A DNA stretch of 64,000 nucleotides from an uncultured Actinomycetes bacterium (GCA_963729375.1 CAVSNP010000008.1:60540-124539), one strand, 5' to 3'; numbered from the stretch's first letter, positions 27,878 through 38,490 are shown. A program made the numbers and translations. The notes: generated by a model not told the origin, from the sequence alone.

Positions 27878-28797
27878 TTACGTCGACCGTGATCGTGAGT
27901 GGCGCGCGGCAATGGTTGGGGTCTTGAGCGCGTGTCGGGCGGAGGCGCGAATGGCGGCGATCGCGGGATCGGTGTGGTCACGTTCGTGGTAAGCGACGGC
28001 CAGCGGCACAGTCCAGCGTGGGACAGGTTGCACGTTGAGGCGGATCAGCGTTCCCGCGGCAGATCATCAGCGGCCGCGGAGGCGGTGACGAACGCGACAT
28101 GATCGTGGCTGCGGGCGAGCCGAACGGCGGTATTCGCATCGGAGCATTCTCGGCGACGCCATTCGGGTAAGCCGTCGTGTTCGAGTTGGTCGACGTACTT
28201 CACGGCGTCGGTTCCCCACACATTGAGCGCGATGTAGTGATCGGCGAGGACGTCTGGGCGAATGACCCGCCTGGTCGCGAGCTGATGCGTCGGTGCACAG
28301 ACGCAAATCACGGGGTCGGCTGGGAGCGCGAGATATCGCAACCCGCGCGCCGGTGTCGCCGGCAATACGAAGCCGACGTCGGCGACACCGTCGAGCAACA
28401 TTGCGACGATCTCGTCGGAATGCGCGTCACGGAACTTCAGCGCATAGGGCACGCCCGCGAGCGCGTCGAGTACGAACGGGATCGCGCGGTGCGCGAACGT
28501 CGAATGCACCGTGACGCGTAACTGCGGGGGCTGGTCCTCTGATCGTGCGGCCTCGGCAGCTTCCTGCACAAGCGACACTGTGCGCTGCGCATACGGCAAG
28601 AACCGCTGGCCCGCCGAGGTGAGCGTGGCTCCGCGATTGTTCCGGTCGAACAGCCGGGCACCGACGATTCGCTCGAGGCGGACGACGCGCTCACTCACCG
28701 ACGGCTGAGACAGGAGCAGTGTCGCCGCGGCGCGGCCGAAACTTCCTTCGCGCACGACCGCCAGGAACACGCTCATGTCCTGAACCTCGATCGTCAT
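27878..28797 (-). pseudogene. LysR-family transcriptional regulator, C-terminal frameshift
   Basis: 'MSVFLAVVREGSFGRAAATLLLSQPSVSERVVRLE' and the substrate domain are intact up to '...AAADDL'. The expected tail 'AGTLIRLNVQPVPRWTVPLAVAYHERDHTDPAIAAIRA' lies in another frame (shift ~28060; stop 27878-27880). Confidence 0.75.
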
Positions 28798-28869
28798 AGG
28801 TTCAGCCTATGACTAGTTCCAGGGAGCTGACCACTACCAACGACTCGGATAACGGCAGAACATGGGCTC

Positions 28870-29295
28870 ATGCACACCACACCGACGCTCCAGCCCGTTG
28901 CCCTCGGCCGCGATGCCGTCATCCATCTCGGCGCCCAACTCGACATCACCGCGCTCGCCGTGACCCCAGGATTCTGGGCTCACGATCCCATCGACAGCCC
29001 CGAACTCGCGCACGGGCGCATACTTTCGGTCTTCGACTACACGACGACATGGCCCTACTGGGAACGTCATCCCGCGGGCGACGAGCTCGTGTGCCTGCTG
29101 TCCGGCCACGTCGAGCTTCTCCTGGACGACGTCGAACAACGCCAAGCCGTCATCCTCGGTGTCGGCGAAGCAGCCATTGTGCGCGCCGGCACGTGGCATC
29201 GGGCACTCGTCCACGCTCCGAGCCGACTTCTGTTCGTCACGCCCACACCCCACCGGACCCAACAACGCCCAGCCACAACAGACAACAACTCCTGA
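28870..29295 (+). CDS. cupin-domain protein
   Basis: 141 aa: 'WERHPAGDELVCLLSGHVELLLD...AAIVRAGTWHRALV'. Divergent from the LysR gene. Confidence 0.75.
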   Translation: MHTTPTLQPVALGRDAVIHLGAQLDITALAVTPGFWAHDPIDSPELAHGRILSVFDYTTTWPYWERHPAGDELVCLLSGHVELLLDDVEQRQAVILGVGEAAIVRAGTWHRALVHAPSRLLFVTPTPHRTQQRPATTDNNS

Positions 29296-29676
29296 CGAGA
29301 CGCCACGCTGTAAATCGTGCCGTGAGCGGACGCGGTTCTGGTCACCTGTGGGTCGCTGACAACACTGCTGCCGACAACGGTCCGGCCGATCTCGACCGGC
29401 AGCGATCCCAGCACGAGTTGAACTCAGGCGTCCGGAGTATCGCGGCTCGCCTGTTCCGAGACGCGCTGACGATCCGGCGCATCGGTCCGCCCAGATGGTC
29501 GGCTCCGCGCAGATCGGTCGGTGTTTTGGGAGACGTGGATCGGTCCGCGAGTGATCGGTCGGGGCGGGAGCACCGCTTGTCAGCCTTTGGAAGCCACAAG
29601 GTCGTCGAGGCCGACGGCGGGTAACCGCTTTGGGAGCCGACGCATGCGTCCGCGTGCTGATGTTCTTGAAATTCGA

Positions 29677-30399
29677 TTAGGACGGCGTGACGGTATAGAC
29701 GCCGCCGACGTATGAGCTGCCGGCGCCGGCTTCGGGCCAGAAGAGAATGACGCCGACCGACTGAGCGTTTCCGAGTGCGGTGGAGTATCCGTAGCCTGCG
29801 CCGACATCATTGGTGATCGCTTCATAGAGGCACAGGTAACCGGGGTCGGCAAGACCGGGTCCGGTGCAGTGCGGAGCAGGCCATTTTGGCGCGTCGATGA
29901 TGTTGGCGTTCTGGATCGCCGCCGCCAGCGGCCGCGGGTAGGTGATCCCCTCGCCGATGTAGCCGCCGGTGCCGTTCCCGCCTCCCGCGCCGAACGTGCC
30001 GGATTCGGATTGGCCCGACGGAAGCGGTTGAATTGCATGCGCATTAGGCGAGAGGTCGTTCACGCTGACGCAGCCGGTGCAGTCCAGTTTGTTGCCGGCT
30101 CGGACCCCGAGGGGGCCGTTCGAGTACAGGCCGTCGCGAGTCCCGGTCCCGATCACGCCGACACCGCCAGCTCCGTTCGCTGTCCCGAGGACGCCGTAAC
30201 GCGTGTTCGACCCGCCGCCGGTCTGTTTGCCTTCCACGGCTTTTGTCCCAACTGCCTTGGAGGAGTTCGTGCCCATCACCGCGGGGGTACCGGTACCCGA
30301 ACTGAAGGCACCGATCGCCGCATAGGCCGCGGTCGGAATCAGCACAATCGCGACCGTCACCGCGAGCATCTTCCAACCTCGTGTTGCGATTCTCGTCAT
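29677..30399 (-). CDS. secreted Gly-rich hypothetical protein
   Basis: Signal peptide 'MLAVTVAIVLIPTAAYAAIG'. Gly-rich N-terminal half and Cys-containing C-terminal half. Located 104 bp downstream of the S53 peptidase on the same strand. Confidence 0.65.
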   Translation of the reverse strand: MTRIATRGWKMLAVTVAIVLIPTAAYAAIGAFSSGTGTPAVMGTNSSKAVGTKAVEGKQTGGGSNTRYGVLGTANGAGGVGVIGTGTRDGLYSNGPLGVRAGNKLDCTGCVSVNDLSPNAHAIQPLPSGQSESGTFGAGGGNGTGGYIGEGITYPRPLAAAIQNANIIDAPKWPAPHCTGPGLADPGYLCLYEAITNDVGAGYGYSTALGNAQSVGVILFWPEAGAGSSYVGGVYTVTPS

Positions 30400-30502
30400 G
30401 GGACGCCCTCTCCGCTGTCGATCTCAGCGCCGACCGGCGCCCGGTGCGAGCCTGCCACGCAGCCGGCAGCGGAACAACGCCAACTGGTCGGCGCCTCGAT
30501 GG

Positions 30503-33094
30503 CTACGCGATCAGTGGAGACGATTGCGCCGAGGGTTGCCCGGTCCCCCGTCGGTTGGTCGCTCGGACATTGCACGAATATGTCCTGCTCCGCGTCAGAC
30601 CCGAGACGCCGAGCGGACCCGCGCGGCCGGTCTTGCCCCGCGCGACCCCGCCATTCGATGATGCACACACGGCCTTGAAGCTCGTGAGCGGAGCGCCGTT
30701 GCCGGCAGGGTTCGTGAACGAGACCTTGACATGCCCTGTGCCGATTCGAGAGACCACGGGCTTCGCGGGCTGACCGGGCGCGCCGACCGTCACTGACGCT
30801 GACATGGCCGAAGGCGGGCTCGTCCCGCGTGCATTCGTCGCGGTCGTCGTGCAACGGTAACGCTTCTTGGTCGTGACTCCGTTCACGTCGACGGGAGCGG
30901 CAATGGCGGCGTCGAGCACTGCTCGTTCGGTCGCGCCGCCGTCGTTCGACGCACAGGTCACCGTGAACGCCGTGATCGGGGCGCCGTTGTCTTCGCCGGA
31001 AGCGAACACGACGGTGAGGCTCCCAGAACCGTGCTCGGTCGCGTCCGAGACGGCATGCACGGCCGATGGGGCCGCCGGCGCGCTGGATTGACACAGATCG
31101 GTCGCGAGCGTCGCGCCGTGCGGCGTTCCAAGCCCGTCGGCCATGTCGTATCCAATGGTCGCGGGATATGCGCCGTTGTTCGTACCGGGGACGTCGTTGT
31201 CGGGCGGCGTTCCGATGTCCGCCCCGCTCGCAGCCGTGACATCGTAAAAGTCGGCTGGGTGCTGGACCGCGTCCGCGTACAGGATCGGGTCGGCGAACCC
31301 GACCGGACTGACACCGACCGACTGGCATCGCGCGTCAACGAGTGCGAGCACTCCTGCCCAGAGTGGAGCCGCGGCGGACGTTCCCCCGTTCAGCGACCAG
31401 CCGCCAAGCTGATCGGTGTCATAGAGCAGGTACGGATAGCGGTTGTAGTCGGCGCTTGCTGACACGTCCGGGACTTCGCGTCCGAGGTTCGGATACTCGG
31501 GGTTGTCAACCCCAGGGCCGTTCTGCCACGTTGGCCTCGGCGAGAGGATCGACACACCTCCGCCTCCACCGGCGCAACTGTCGTCAACCGTCCCGTCCGA
31601 ACAGCCATCGTTCCAGGCGCCCTCCTCGGCGGGAACGGTTGTGCCGACCGACGCGAGATACTGCGATGCGAACGCGATGTTTTCCGTGCCGCCGACACCT
31701 GTCACCCACGGGCTCGACGCCGGATTGCTCACGTACAGCGACGTGATCGCATTGTCGGTGCGGATGCACCCGGCGGATCCGGTGTCGCCGGCCGCCGCGA
31801 GGATCGATTGGCCTTGGGTCGCGGCCTCCTCGAAGAGGATGTTCTGGGCGGAGACGAAGCTCGGGTCGTCCGCGACGTAACGCTCGCACAGAGCCCAGCT
31901 GACGCTCACGACCTGGGCGGTGTCGTCACTGATAATCCGATTCCAGATGTCGAGCTGATTCTGGTCTGTCGCACTCGACACGTCAGGTCCCTGATACACG
32001 TCGACGACCGCCGCGGGAGCGGTCCCGATCACAGTTTCGATATCAAGTTCGGACTCGGCAACGCTGCGGTAGTCGGAGAGATAGCCCGCGCCCGGACCTC
32101 CGTCGACGTTCACGGTGTTCACCATCGCGTTCGTCCCGTAACAACCCTGGAAGCCGACAATGTCCGAGGGCGTGTATCCGCCAACTTCATACAAGGCCAC
32201 GGTGACTCCAGCTCCAATGTCGCCACTCGCGTACAGCGACGACAAGCCGTAAGAAGAGTCGAGCACGGTGTCGGAGTTCGGATACACGTGGTCAGACGCG
32301 GCGTCCGTGTTGGCCAGTGTCTTCACCGTTGCGCACGCCGTCGCGCCGGTGTCGGCCGATGTGACACGTGGAACCGACGCAGCAGAACCGTGAGCGACCA
32401 GCCTGGCCCCGGTTTCGCTCGCCGTCGTCAACGGACGCGCGAGCGATCGCGGCTGCATGACATTCGTCAGCCCGACGATCCCTTGGACGTTGCCGATGAG
32501 GCTTCCGGGGACGACTGCGACGTTCGACGTGGTGTAGGCATCCGGCTTGTCGGCGATTGAAACATGGCGCAACCCCACATGAAAGGCGCGTTGTACAGCC
32601 TCGACAGTCCCCGAAACCGGGATGACCAGCCGGTTCGTGCTCGGCGGACCCGGTTCAAGCCCGAGCGACCGAAGCGCGCGATCGACCGTGTCGATATCGC
32701 TCGATGTCGCGCCAAACTCGCTCGCGAACTCGTCGCGCGTCAGGTACTGCCGGTCGCGCGACGAACCGGGAGTCGATACGGCTCCCGCAAGCCGCGCAAG
32801 ACCAACCGGGTCACGCGGCCGCAACACTACGTCGACGTCGAGCCGCTCCGACGCGGCGAGCGGAGCACCAAAGCTCGCGCCTGGCGGAAGCGGCGGCGCG
32901 ACGACCGCGTCGACCTCAGCGGTCGTCGCCGATGCCGTGGTCGTCGGTATTCCGGCTCCCAGTTCCAACACCACGATCAACGACACAGCCAACCATGACC
33001 GCGGCCGCCTCCGAACGGTCCTCAACCTCGCGACCACTGTTTGGACCCCCACGAAGCCCCCCGCTCCCGCTCGGCAAACCGGCCGTTGCACCAC
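30503..33094 (-). CDS. S53 (sedolisin/kumamolisin-like) serine peptidase with pro-domain and C-terminal tandem FN3
   Basis: Pro-kumamolisin-type activation region 'RDRQYLTRDEFASEFGATSSDIDTVDRALRSLGL'. Catalytic 'SELDIETV', 'ILAAAGDTGSAGC' and 'GGTSAAAPLWAGVLAL'. Two FN3 modules (30503-31072) joined by 'TVGAPGQPAKP'. Confidence 0.85.
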   Translation of the reverse strand: MVQRPVCRAGAGGFVGVQTVVARLRTVRRRPRSWLAVSLIVVLELGAGIPTTTASATTAEVDAVVAPPLPPGASFGAPLAASERLDVDVVLRPRDPVGLARLAGAVSTPGSSRDRQYLTRDEFASEFGATSSDIDTVDRALRSLGLEPGPPSTNRLVIPVSGTVEAVQRAFHVGLRHVSIADKPDAYTTSNVAVVPGSLIGNVQGIVGLTNVMQPRSLARPLTTASETGARLVAHGSAASVPRVTSADTGATACATVKTLANTDAASDHVYPNSDTVLDSSYGLSSLYASGDIGAGVTVALYEVGGYTPSDIVGFQGCYGTNAMVNTVNVDGGPGAGYLSDYRSVAESELDIETVIGTAPAAVVDVYQGPDVSSATDQNQLDIWNRIISDDTAQVVSVSWALCERYVADDPSFVSAQNILFEEAATQGQSILAAAGDTGSAGCIRTDNAITSLYVSNPASSPWVTGVGGTENIAFASQYLASVGTTVPAEEGAWNDGCSDGTVDDSCAGGGGGVSILSPRPTWQNGPGVDNPEYPNLGREVPDVSASADYNRYPYLLYDTDQLGGWSLNGGTSAAAPLWAGVLALVDARCQSVGVSPVGFADPILYADAVQHPADFYDVTAASGADIGTPPDNDVPGTNNGAYPATIGYDMADGLGTPHGATLATDLCQSSAPAAPSAVHAVSDATEHGSGSLTVVFASGEDNGAPITAFTVTCASNDGGATERAVLDAAIAAPVDVNGVTTKKRYRCTTTATNARGTSPPSAMSASVTVGAPGQPAKPVVSRIGTGHVKVSFTNPAGNGAPLTSFKAVCASSNGGVARGKTGRAGPLGVSGLTRSRTYSCNVRATNRRGTGQPSAQSSPLIA

Positions 33095-33390
33095 ACCATG
33101 GTCGACGATGCTCGCCGTTCGCTACACAAGGAGTTCGTCGCCCGCTCGATCCGATCAGACCAACCACTCGGCCCCGTCATATGCCAGCACAACTCGGTTC
33201 CCACGACAACGGGCTCGTGTCGGGCCCACGTCGCCGTGGTGGCAATACGAGCCGGGCTGGCGGTTGCCGCGACCAGAACCAGCCGCACGGACCAACGACG
33301 AGCGACGGTCCCGACATATTTCAGGCACGGGTGCAGGAGACACTCCCGCGCATCGTCGGGACCTTCTCGATCGCAGCCGACCGCGCTGAG

Positions 33391-34293
33391 CTACGGAGCA
33401 AGGTCGACGACGACCTCGTCGCCGAGTTGTATCGGTCCGGCTGCGGTGACGGCGGCGTAGGCACCGACGCATGACCAAGTACCCAGCCCGGGGATCTCCA
33501 CCCGGTTGTGGCGGGTGACGGTGCGCAGGACCTCGTTATCGCGGGGCAGGTCGCCTTGGGCGAGTGTTGTCATGATGCAGCGCATTGTCGGGATCAGTAC
33601 CGACGCCGTGAGGGCACGGCCGAATCGCATGCTGGTCCCACTCCACTCATTCTCCGCGAACGGCTCGATGGTTGCGTCGATGACGATGTTGGGCCGGTAT
33701 CGCTCCACCGCGAAACGACTGGCTGGTTCCAGCTCGCTGAGATGACGGAGGGTCGCTGTCGTCAGCACGTGGAGCGCGGCGACGTCGAAAAAGGTGCCTG
33801 GTGGCGAGGCCATCGCGAGCGAAAGCGCGGTGAGCGTGCCTTCGGCTTCGACACCTTCGACGGTGCTGCGCTCGCGGAAGTCGTTCGGCATGACACCGTC
33901 CATCTCTGGCCATACGGCGAGGTAGCCGTTTCCGTCAGGCGCGACCGTCGTCAACTGCACCGGCCGACCGAACACCGCTGAGAGGCGTTCGTCGACCTGG
34001 GGGTCGTCACTTCCCGTCTCGTCGCCGTTGGGCAGCGTGATCGACACCGGCGCAGGCCGCGCGCCGGCGAGGGGCGTATCGAGATACCGGGCCTTGCACT
34101 GCAAGAGCGCGCCCCACAGACGAGGATGCTTCGCGCTTGCGACCTTGCCCGTGCCGGGGTCGACGACCGCATATGCCCGGTCACCGGTCAAACCGGCGTC
34201 TCCGACGTCGGAAACCTCGATGCGCTCGCCCTGCATGGACTTCACTGGATAGTGCCAAATCTCCGCCACGGTGGCGGGCTGACCATCGATCAT
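33391..34293 (-). CDS. MOSC-domain protein (N-terminal beta-barrel + MOSC)
   Basis: 'VAEIWHYPVKSMQGERIEVSDVGDAGLTGDRAYAV' and the downstream MOSC region. Confidence 0.85.
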   Translation of the reverse strand: MIDGQPATVAEIWHYPVKSMQGERIEVSDVGDAGLTGDRAYAVVDPGTGKVASAKHPRLWGALLQCKARYLDTPLAGARPAPVSITLPNGDETGSDDPQVDERLSAVFGRPVQLTTVAPDGNGYLAVWPEMDGVMPNDFRERSTVEGVEAEGTLTALSLAMASPPGTFFDVAALHVLTTATLRHLSELEPASRFAVERYRPNIVIDATIEPFAENEWSGTSMRFGRALTASVLIPTMRCIMTTLAQGDLPRDNEVLRTVTRHNRVEIPGLGTWSCVGAYAAVTAAGPIQLGDEVVVDLAP

Positions 34294-34741
34294 GGCGTCA
34301 TCTTTGCCTTCGCGTCCTGCTCATACCGGCCGGTGCACGTGCTCCCACGACACCCGACCGACCAGCTCTCGCGGGTGAGAACGACACCGTACGGCCAGAA
34401 TGCTGGCATCGGTATCCAGCACGCGACGCCGCGTTCCGGTGCAGCGTGGGGCGAGCTTGGGTGGCTCGGCGGTCGAGTTTGGAGCGCAGACGTCGCCACG
34501 GGAGGTCTTCCCGGAGCGTTGCGGGTCGTCCCGAGGACGTCGATGAGGCCCGCTCGGCGGACCACGTTGCCGCCGAGCGGAAACGGTGCCGTCAGTATCC
34601 GGCCGGGAACGTCAAGGTCGGGCGGTGCTGATCCGATGACTAGCAAAACGCTCGGATGAGAGGTGTGTTCTGTTCAGTCGTCGAGTTGGCGGATCGGAGG
34701 CGAGGCCGGGGACGTCCGATCGGCGGACCTTTCGTCGGCTC

Positions 34742-36955
34742 GTGGTCAGCTCGGTTGTGGTTGCGCTCGCCGGGGCGATCCCGATCGTCGGAGCTGGCGC
34801 TTCGGGAGCGGCGGGTCTTGCGAAGTTTGGGGGAGCGGCGTGGATCACGCCGATCGGCCCGACGCATCTGTCGTCGCCGGTGATCGCGGATGTCAATGGT
34901 GACGGACATCCCGATGTCGTGACGTCCGACCTGTCGGGGATGTTGCATGTGCTTGACGGCCGTACCGGACGCGACCTTCCGGGCTGGCCGCAGCCGATTC
35001 AGATCATTCCCGGTCAGACCGTCGCGTCGGAGTCGAGCCCGACCGTCGCTGATCTCGACAACAACGGCCGTATGGAAATCATCGTCGGTGCGGGGTCGCT
35101 CAACGCCCCGGGTCAGCAAGGCGGCGTGGAGGCGTTCAACGCGAATGGGTCGGTGCTTTGGCGAATCCGGACCCAGACCGTCGCGGGTGAGAGCGGTGTG
35201 GTCGGTACACCGGCGGTCGGTGACGTGAACGGTGACGGGTATCCCGATGTTGTCTTCGGGAGCTGGGATCACAACATCTATGTCGTGAACCGGTTCGGTC
35301 AGGCGCTGCCAGGGTTTCCGTTCAACAGTCTCGACACGATCTGGGACTCGCCGGCGCTGTACGACGAGGCGCACATCGGCCGGATGGATATCTTCTTGGG
35401 TGGCGACGCGAGCCCCGGCGGTCCGTGCGGAAGCTGGAGTTGGGCCGGCATCATGCGCGCGATTCGTGTCACCCCTTCGGGGCCGAAGATCCTGTGGTCG
35501 CGTTGCCAGCATCAGATCTTCCAGTCGAGTCCCGCGATCGGCGACCTCGAGGGCAACGGCCGGATGGACCTCGTCGTCGGGACCGGAACCGGACCGTCCG
35601 GCGACGCGGTCGCCACGAACTCGTTGAGCGCGTTCCATCTCGATGACGGTTCACCCGTTCCTGGCTGGCCGGTCCTTCTCAACGGCCCGATCTACGGTTC
35701 GCCGGTCATCGGCGATGTCACCGGCAACCATCAAAACGACGTGGTCGTCACCACGTGCGCGACGTGTAACGACGGACGCGTGTGGGCGTTCAACGGACAT
35801 GGCGGACTGTTATGGGACATGCTCGCCCCCAACGATCACACTGAGATTCTCTCCACCCCGATCCTCGTTGACCTCAACGGCGACGGCGTCAACGATGTCG
35901 CCGTCGGACAGGCCGGCCAGTTCTACCTCCTGCGCGGTCAGGACGGCGCATGGTTGTACCGACCGATCGAAATCAACCGCGTCGTGCAAAACTCAGCCGC
36001 GGTCGCCGACTTCGGGCCCGGTTACGGATGGCGGCTGATCATCCAAAGCTGGCTCCCCGAAGGTGACGGCCAACCACAGAACGGAGCTGGGAGGGTCGAG
36101 TCCTTCCCGCTCCCCAAGGCGCCCGCGATCGCGCCCGCATGGTCGCAGTGGCGGGGCAACGCCGCGCACACCGGGTCGCCGTCGGCAGTTCCAGCCAACG
36201 CGGGGTACTGGCTGGTATCCAGAAGCGGTGGCGTCTCCGCCTACGGCAACGCGCACTACTACGGATCGACCGGCGCGTGGCATCTGAAACAACCCATCGT
36301 CGGTATGGCCGCCACACCATCCGGCCACGGCTACTGGCTCGTCGCCCGCAACGGCGCCATTTTCAGCTTCGGTGACGCCAAGCTTCACGGCTCCGCAGCC
36401 GACATGCATCTCAGCGAACCTGTCGTGGGCATCGCGCGCACCCCTTCCGGGAATGGCTATTGGCTCGTCGAACGAAACGGCAACGTCTTCGCATTCGGCA
36501 ACGCCAAGGTTCCCAGCTCCGCGTCCGACCGGCATCCCAGCCGACCTGTCGTCGGCATCGCATCCACCCGGTCCGGCGGCGGCTACTGGCTCGTCGACCA
36601 GACCGGCAACGTCTTCGCGTTCGGCGACGCCAAATCCTACGGTTCCACCGGCCACACGCACCTCAAGCAACCCATCGTCGGGATCGTCGCAACCCCGTCT
36701 GGGAACGGTTACTGGCTCGTCGAACGAAACGGTCACGTCTTCACGTTCGGCGACGCCCACTACTACGGCTCCAGACCTCACGCAGTCTCCGTACCCATCG
36801 TGGCGCTCACCCGAACCGCAACCGGGGACGGCTACTGGCTCGTCGGCCAAAACGGCGACATCTTCTCGTTCGGCGACGCGCAGTACTACGGGTCCACGCA
36901 AGGCACGGGCACGAACCAACGAATCGAAACCGTGGTCGCCAGCCGACACTCGTAA
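34742..36955 (+). CDS. secreted FG-GAP/VCBS propeller protein fused to six 42-aa 'GYWLV' repeats
   Basis: Ca-binding FG-GAP loops: 'ADVNGDGHPDVV', 'ADLDNNGRMEII', 'GDVNGDGYPDVV', 'GDLEGNGRMDLV', 'VDLNGDGVNDVA'. Then six copies of 'GYWLV..NG.VF.FGDA..YGS'. The start (GTG 34742) is uncertain. Confidence 0.85.
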   Translation: MVSSVVVALAGAIPIVGAGASGAAGLAKFGGAAWITPIGPTHLSSPVIADVNGDGHPDVVTSDLSGMLHVLDGRTGRDLPGWPQPIQIIPGQTVASESSPTVADLDNNGRMEIIVGAGSLNAPGQQGGVEAFNANGSVLWRIRTQTVAGESGVVGTPAVGDVNGDGYPDVVFGSWDHNIYVVNRFGQALPGFPFNSLDTIWDSPALYDEAHIGRMDIFLGGDASPGGPCGSWSWAGIMRAIRVTPSGPKILWSRCQHQIFQSSPAIGDLEGNGRMDLVVGTGTGPSGDAVATNSLSAFHLDDGSPVPGWPVLLNGPIYGSPVIGDVTGNHQNDVVVTTCATCNDGRVWAFNGHGGLLWDMLAPNDHTEILSTPILVDLNGDGVNDVAVGQAGQFYLLRGQDGAWLYRPIEINRVVQNSAAVADFGPGYGWRLIIQSWLPEGDGQPQNGAGRVESFPLPKAPAIAPAWSQWRGNAAHTGSPSAVPANAGYWLVSRSGGVSAYGNAHYYGSTGAWHLKQPIVGMAATPSGHGYWLVARNGAIFSFGDAKLHGSAADMHLSEPVVGIARTPSGNGYWLVERNGNVFAFGNAKVPSSASDRHPSRPVVGIASTRSGGGYWLVDQTGNVFAFGDAKSYGSTGHTHLKQPIVGIVATPSGNGYWLVERNGHVFTFGDAHYYGSRPHAVSVPIVALTRTATGDGYWLVGQNGDIFSFGDAQYYGSTQGTGTNQRIETVVASRHS
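36196..36898 (+). repeat. six tandem ~126-bp coding repeats (GYWLV blades)
   Basis: 'ggctactggctcgtcg...ttcggcgacgcc' recurs with a ~126-bp period (around 36205, 36329, 36455, 36583, 36709, 36830). Confidence 0.8.
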
Positions 36956-37394
36956 CCTCGCGATCGCTGCCGGCTTCCATATGCCGGTGGCGTCGTCGCG
37001 GAACCCGAACGAGCGCACCGTCTCCTCGTCCCCGTTCGACCCGAACTGCGTGAACACGGCCGGTTCGGTGAAGCGCCGGAGCCTCGACGGTGCGCCGTCA
37101 GCCAAGGATGCACCTCCTCGCAGGTGTGCGCCGCGCAACCACAGGTGACGGGGTGCAGATTCGAATCGAAAGTTTGGATCTCCCGGAAACGTCGCGCGGT
37201 CCTGGCCCTGACGCCCCGCGGCGACCACCGTCGCGCGTCGAAACGGCATCCGACGCGACCTCGACACCTTGGAACGCGAAACGCGGCCACCGCCGAGTGC
37301 GCGCGCCGCGCAGCGCATGCGATCAAGCAAAGCCCTGTCACCGAAAACCGGGCGGGGTCGAGTTTTCGAAACCTGGAGCTTCGCGAGTTGCAGA

Positions 37395-38490
37395 TCAACC
37401 GCCGTGGCAGATGGGCACGCCCTTGGTCACTGAGAGCCCTCCGGCCACCTGCATCATGTACTGCCATACGGGTACGAATGCGGGGGTCCGGTTCGGACAG
37501 AGGGGTGTTTGCGAGTCGACGGCGGTTGAGTCATGGGTTGCGAGCGCGGGCACAGGCCCCGGCGGGACGACGGCCGAGGTCACCAACTCGTGCGTATCGC
37601 CGAACGGGGTGCTGCGGCCGTCGATTGAAACCTCAGATCCGAACGATTGCAGGTTGAGCGCGGCCCAGTCGGTGACGATTTTGTCGAAGAAGGGGTCCCG
37701 AACGTGGTCGAAACCCACGTACCGATCGAGCGGCGTCAAGTGTCCCGTGGTCAGGTAGGTGGCGGCGACCGGCGGGGTGGTCGAGGTGGAATCGACGTCG
37801 GATGAGAACATCACTACTCCTTCGACGTCGCGGATTTTGGCGATGTACGCGGCGTCGCCACCGCCTTGGGAGTGTCCGGCGACAACAGTGTGTCTCCATG
37901 CGGGTGTGGCGCCCGTGATGAACTGAGACCATTGCTCGGATGGGTCGTGGACGCTGAGGTAGCGGAGCAGGTCGACAAGTCGGGCCTGAATCGCGTTGGT
38001 CGCGCTCGATGTGCACGTACGGGTTGGGGTCGCTTCCATCGAAGTCGTCCTGGCGGACTGTTGCATAGCAGGCGAGGTTGTTTCGGCAGACGGTTCCGAC
38101 GGCCGTCGCGTTCGGATAGGTCAGACCGACCGCGTGAAATCCGGCCTCGGCTGCGGCTTCGAGGAGGTAGGTACAGCAGTCGGGCTGGCCACCTGTCCCG
38201 GGGAGGAAGACGAACAGTTCACCGTTGGACCGGACCGCGGTGTCGATGACCGCGAGGTTGGGGTCGTTCGGTGCGCCGACCGTCGGGCTGGTCGTTGACG
38301 GATCGACCCGGTGGACGGTCAGCCCCGAAGGGTCTTTGACGGCGTGCGCGGCACTCAACGTACCGACCCGTTGCTGGACCGGCGCTGCCGCCAACCCGTC
38401 GCATCCGCAGAGTGCGAGCGTCAGGACGAGCGCGCACAGAGCGGTCATCGAGGCCCGGTTCGGTCTCACCGAGGACGACGGTAGCCGCAT
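37395..38490 (-). pseudogene. lipoprotein alpha/beta hydrolase, frameshifted
   Basis: Lipobox 'LVLTLALCGC'. 'FVFLPGTGGQPDCC...DPNPYVHIE' (ORF 37633-38550) continues as 'ATNAIQARLVDLLRYL...VVAGHSQGGGDAAY' (ORF 37395-38066). The 1-nt shift is at ~38005. Confidence 0.65.

Noticed and set aside
35993-37330. 445-aa minus-strand ORF
   Set aside because: It is antisense to the FG-GAP/GYWLV repeats. Its periodic Arg/Asp-rich sequence mirrors the sense repeats, a typical high-GC antisense artefact.
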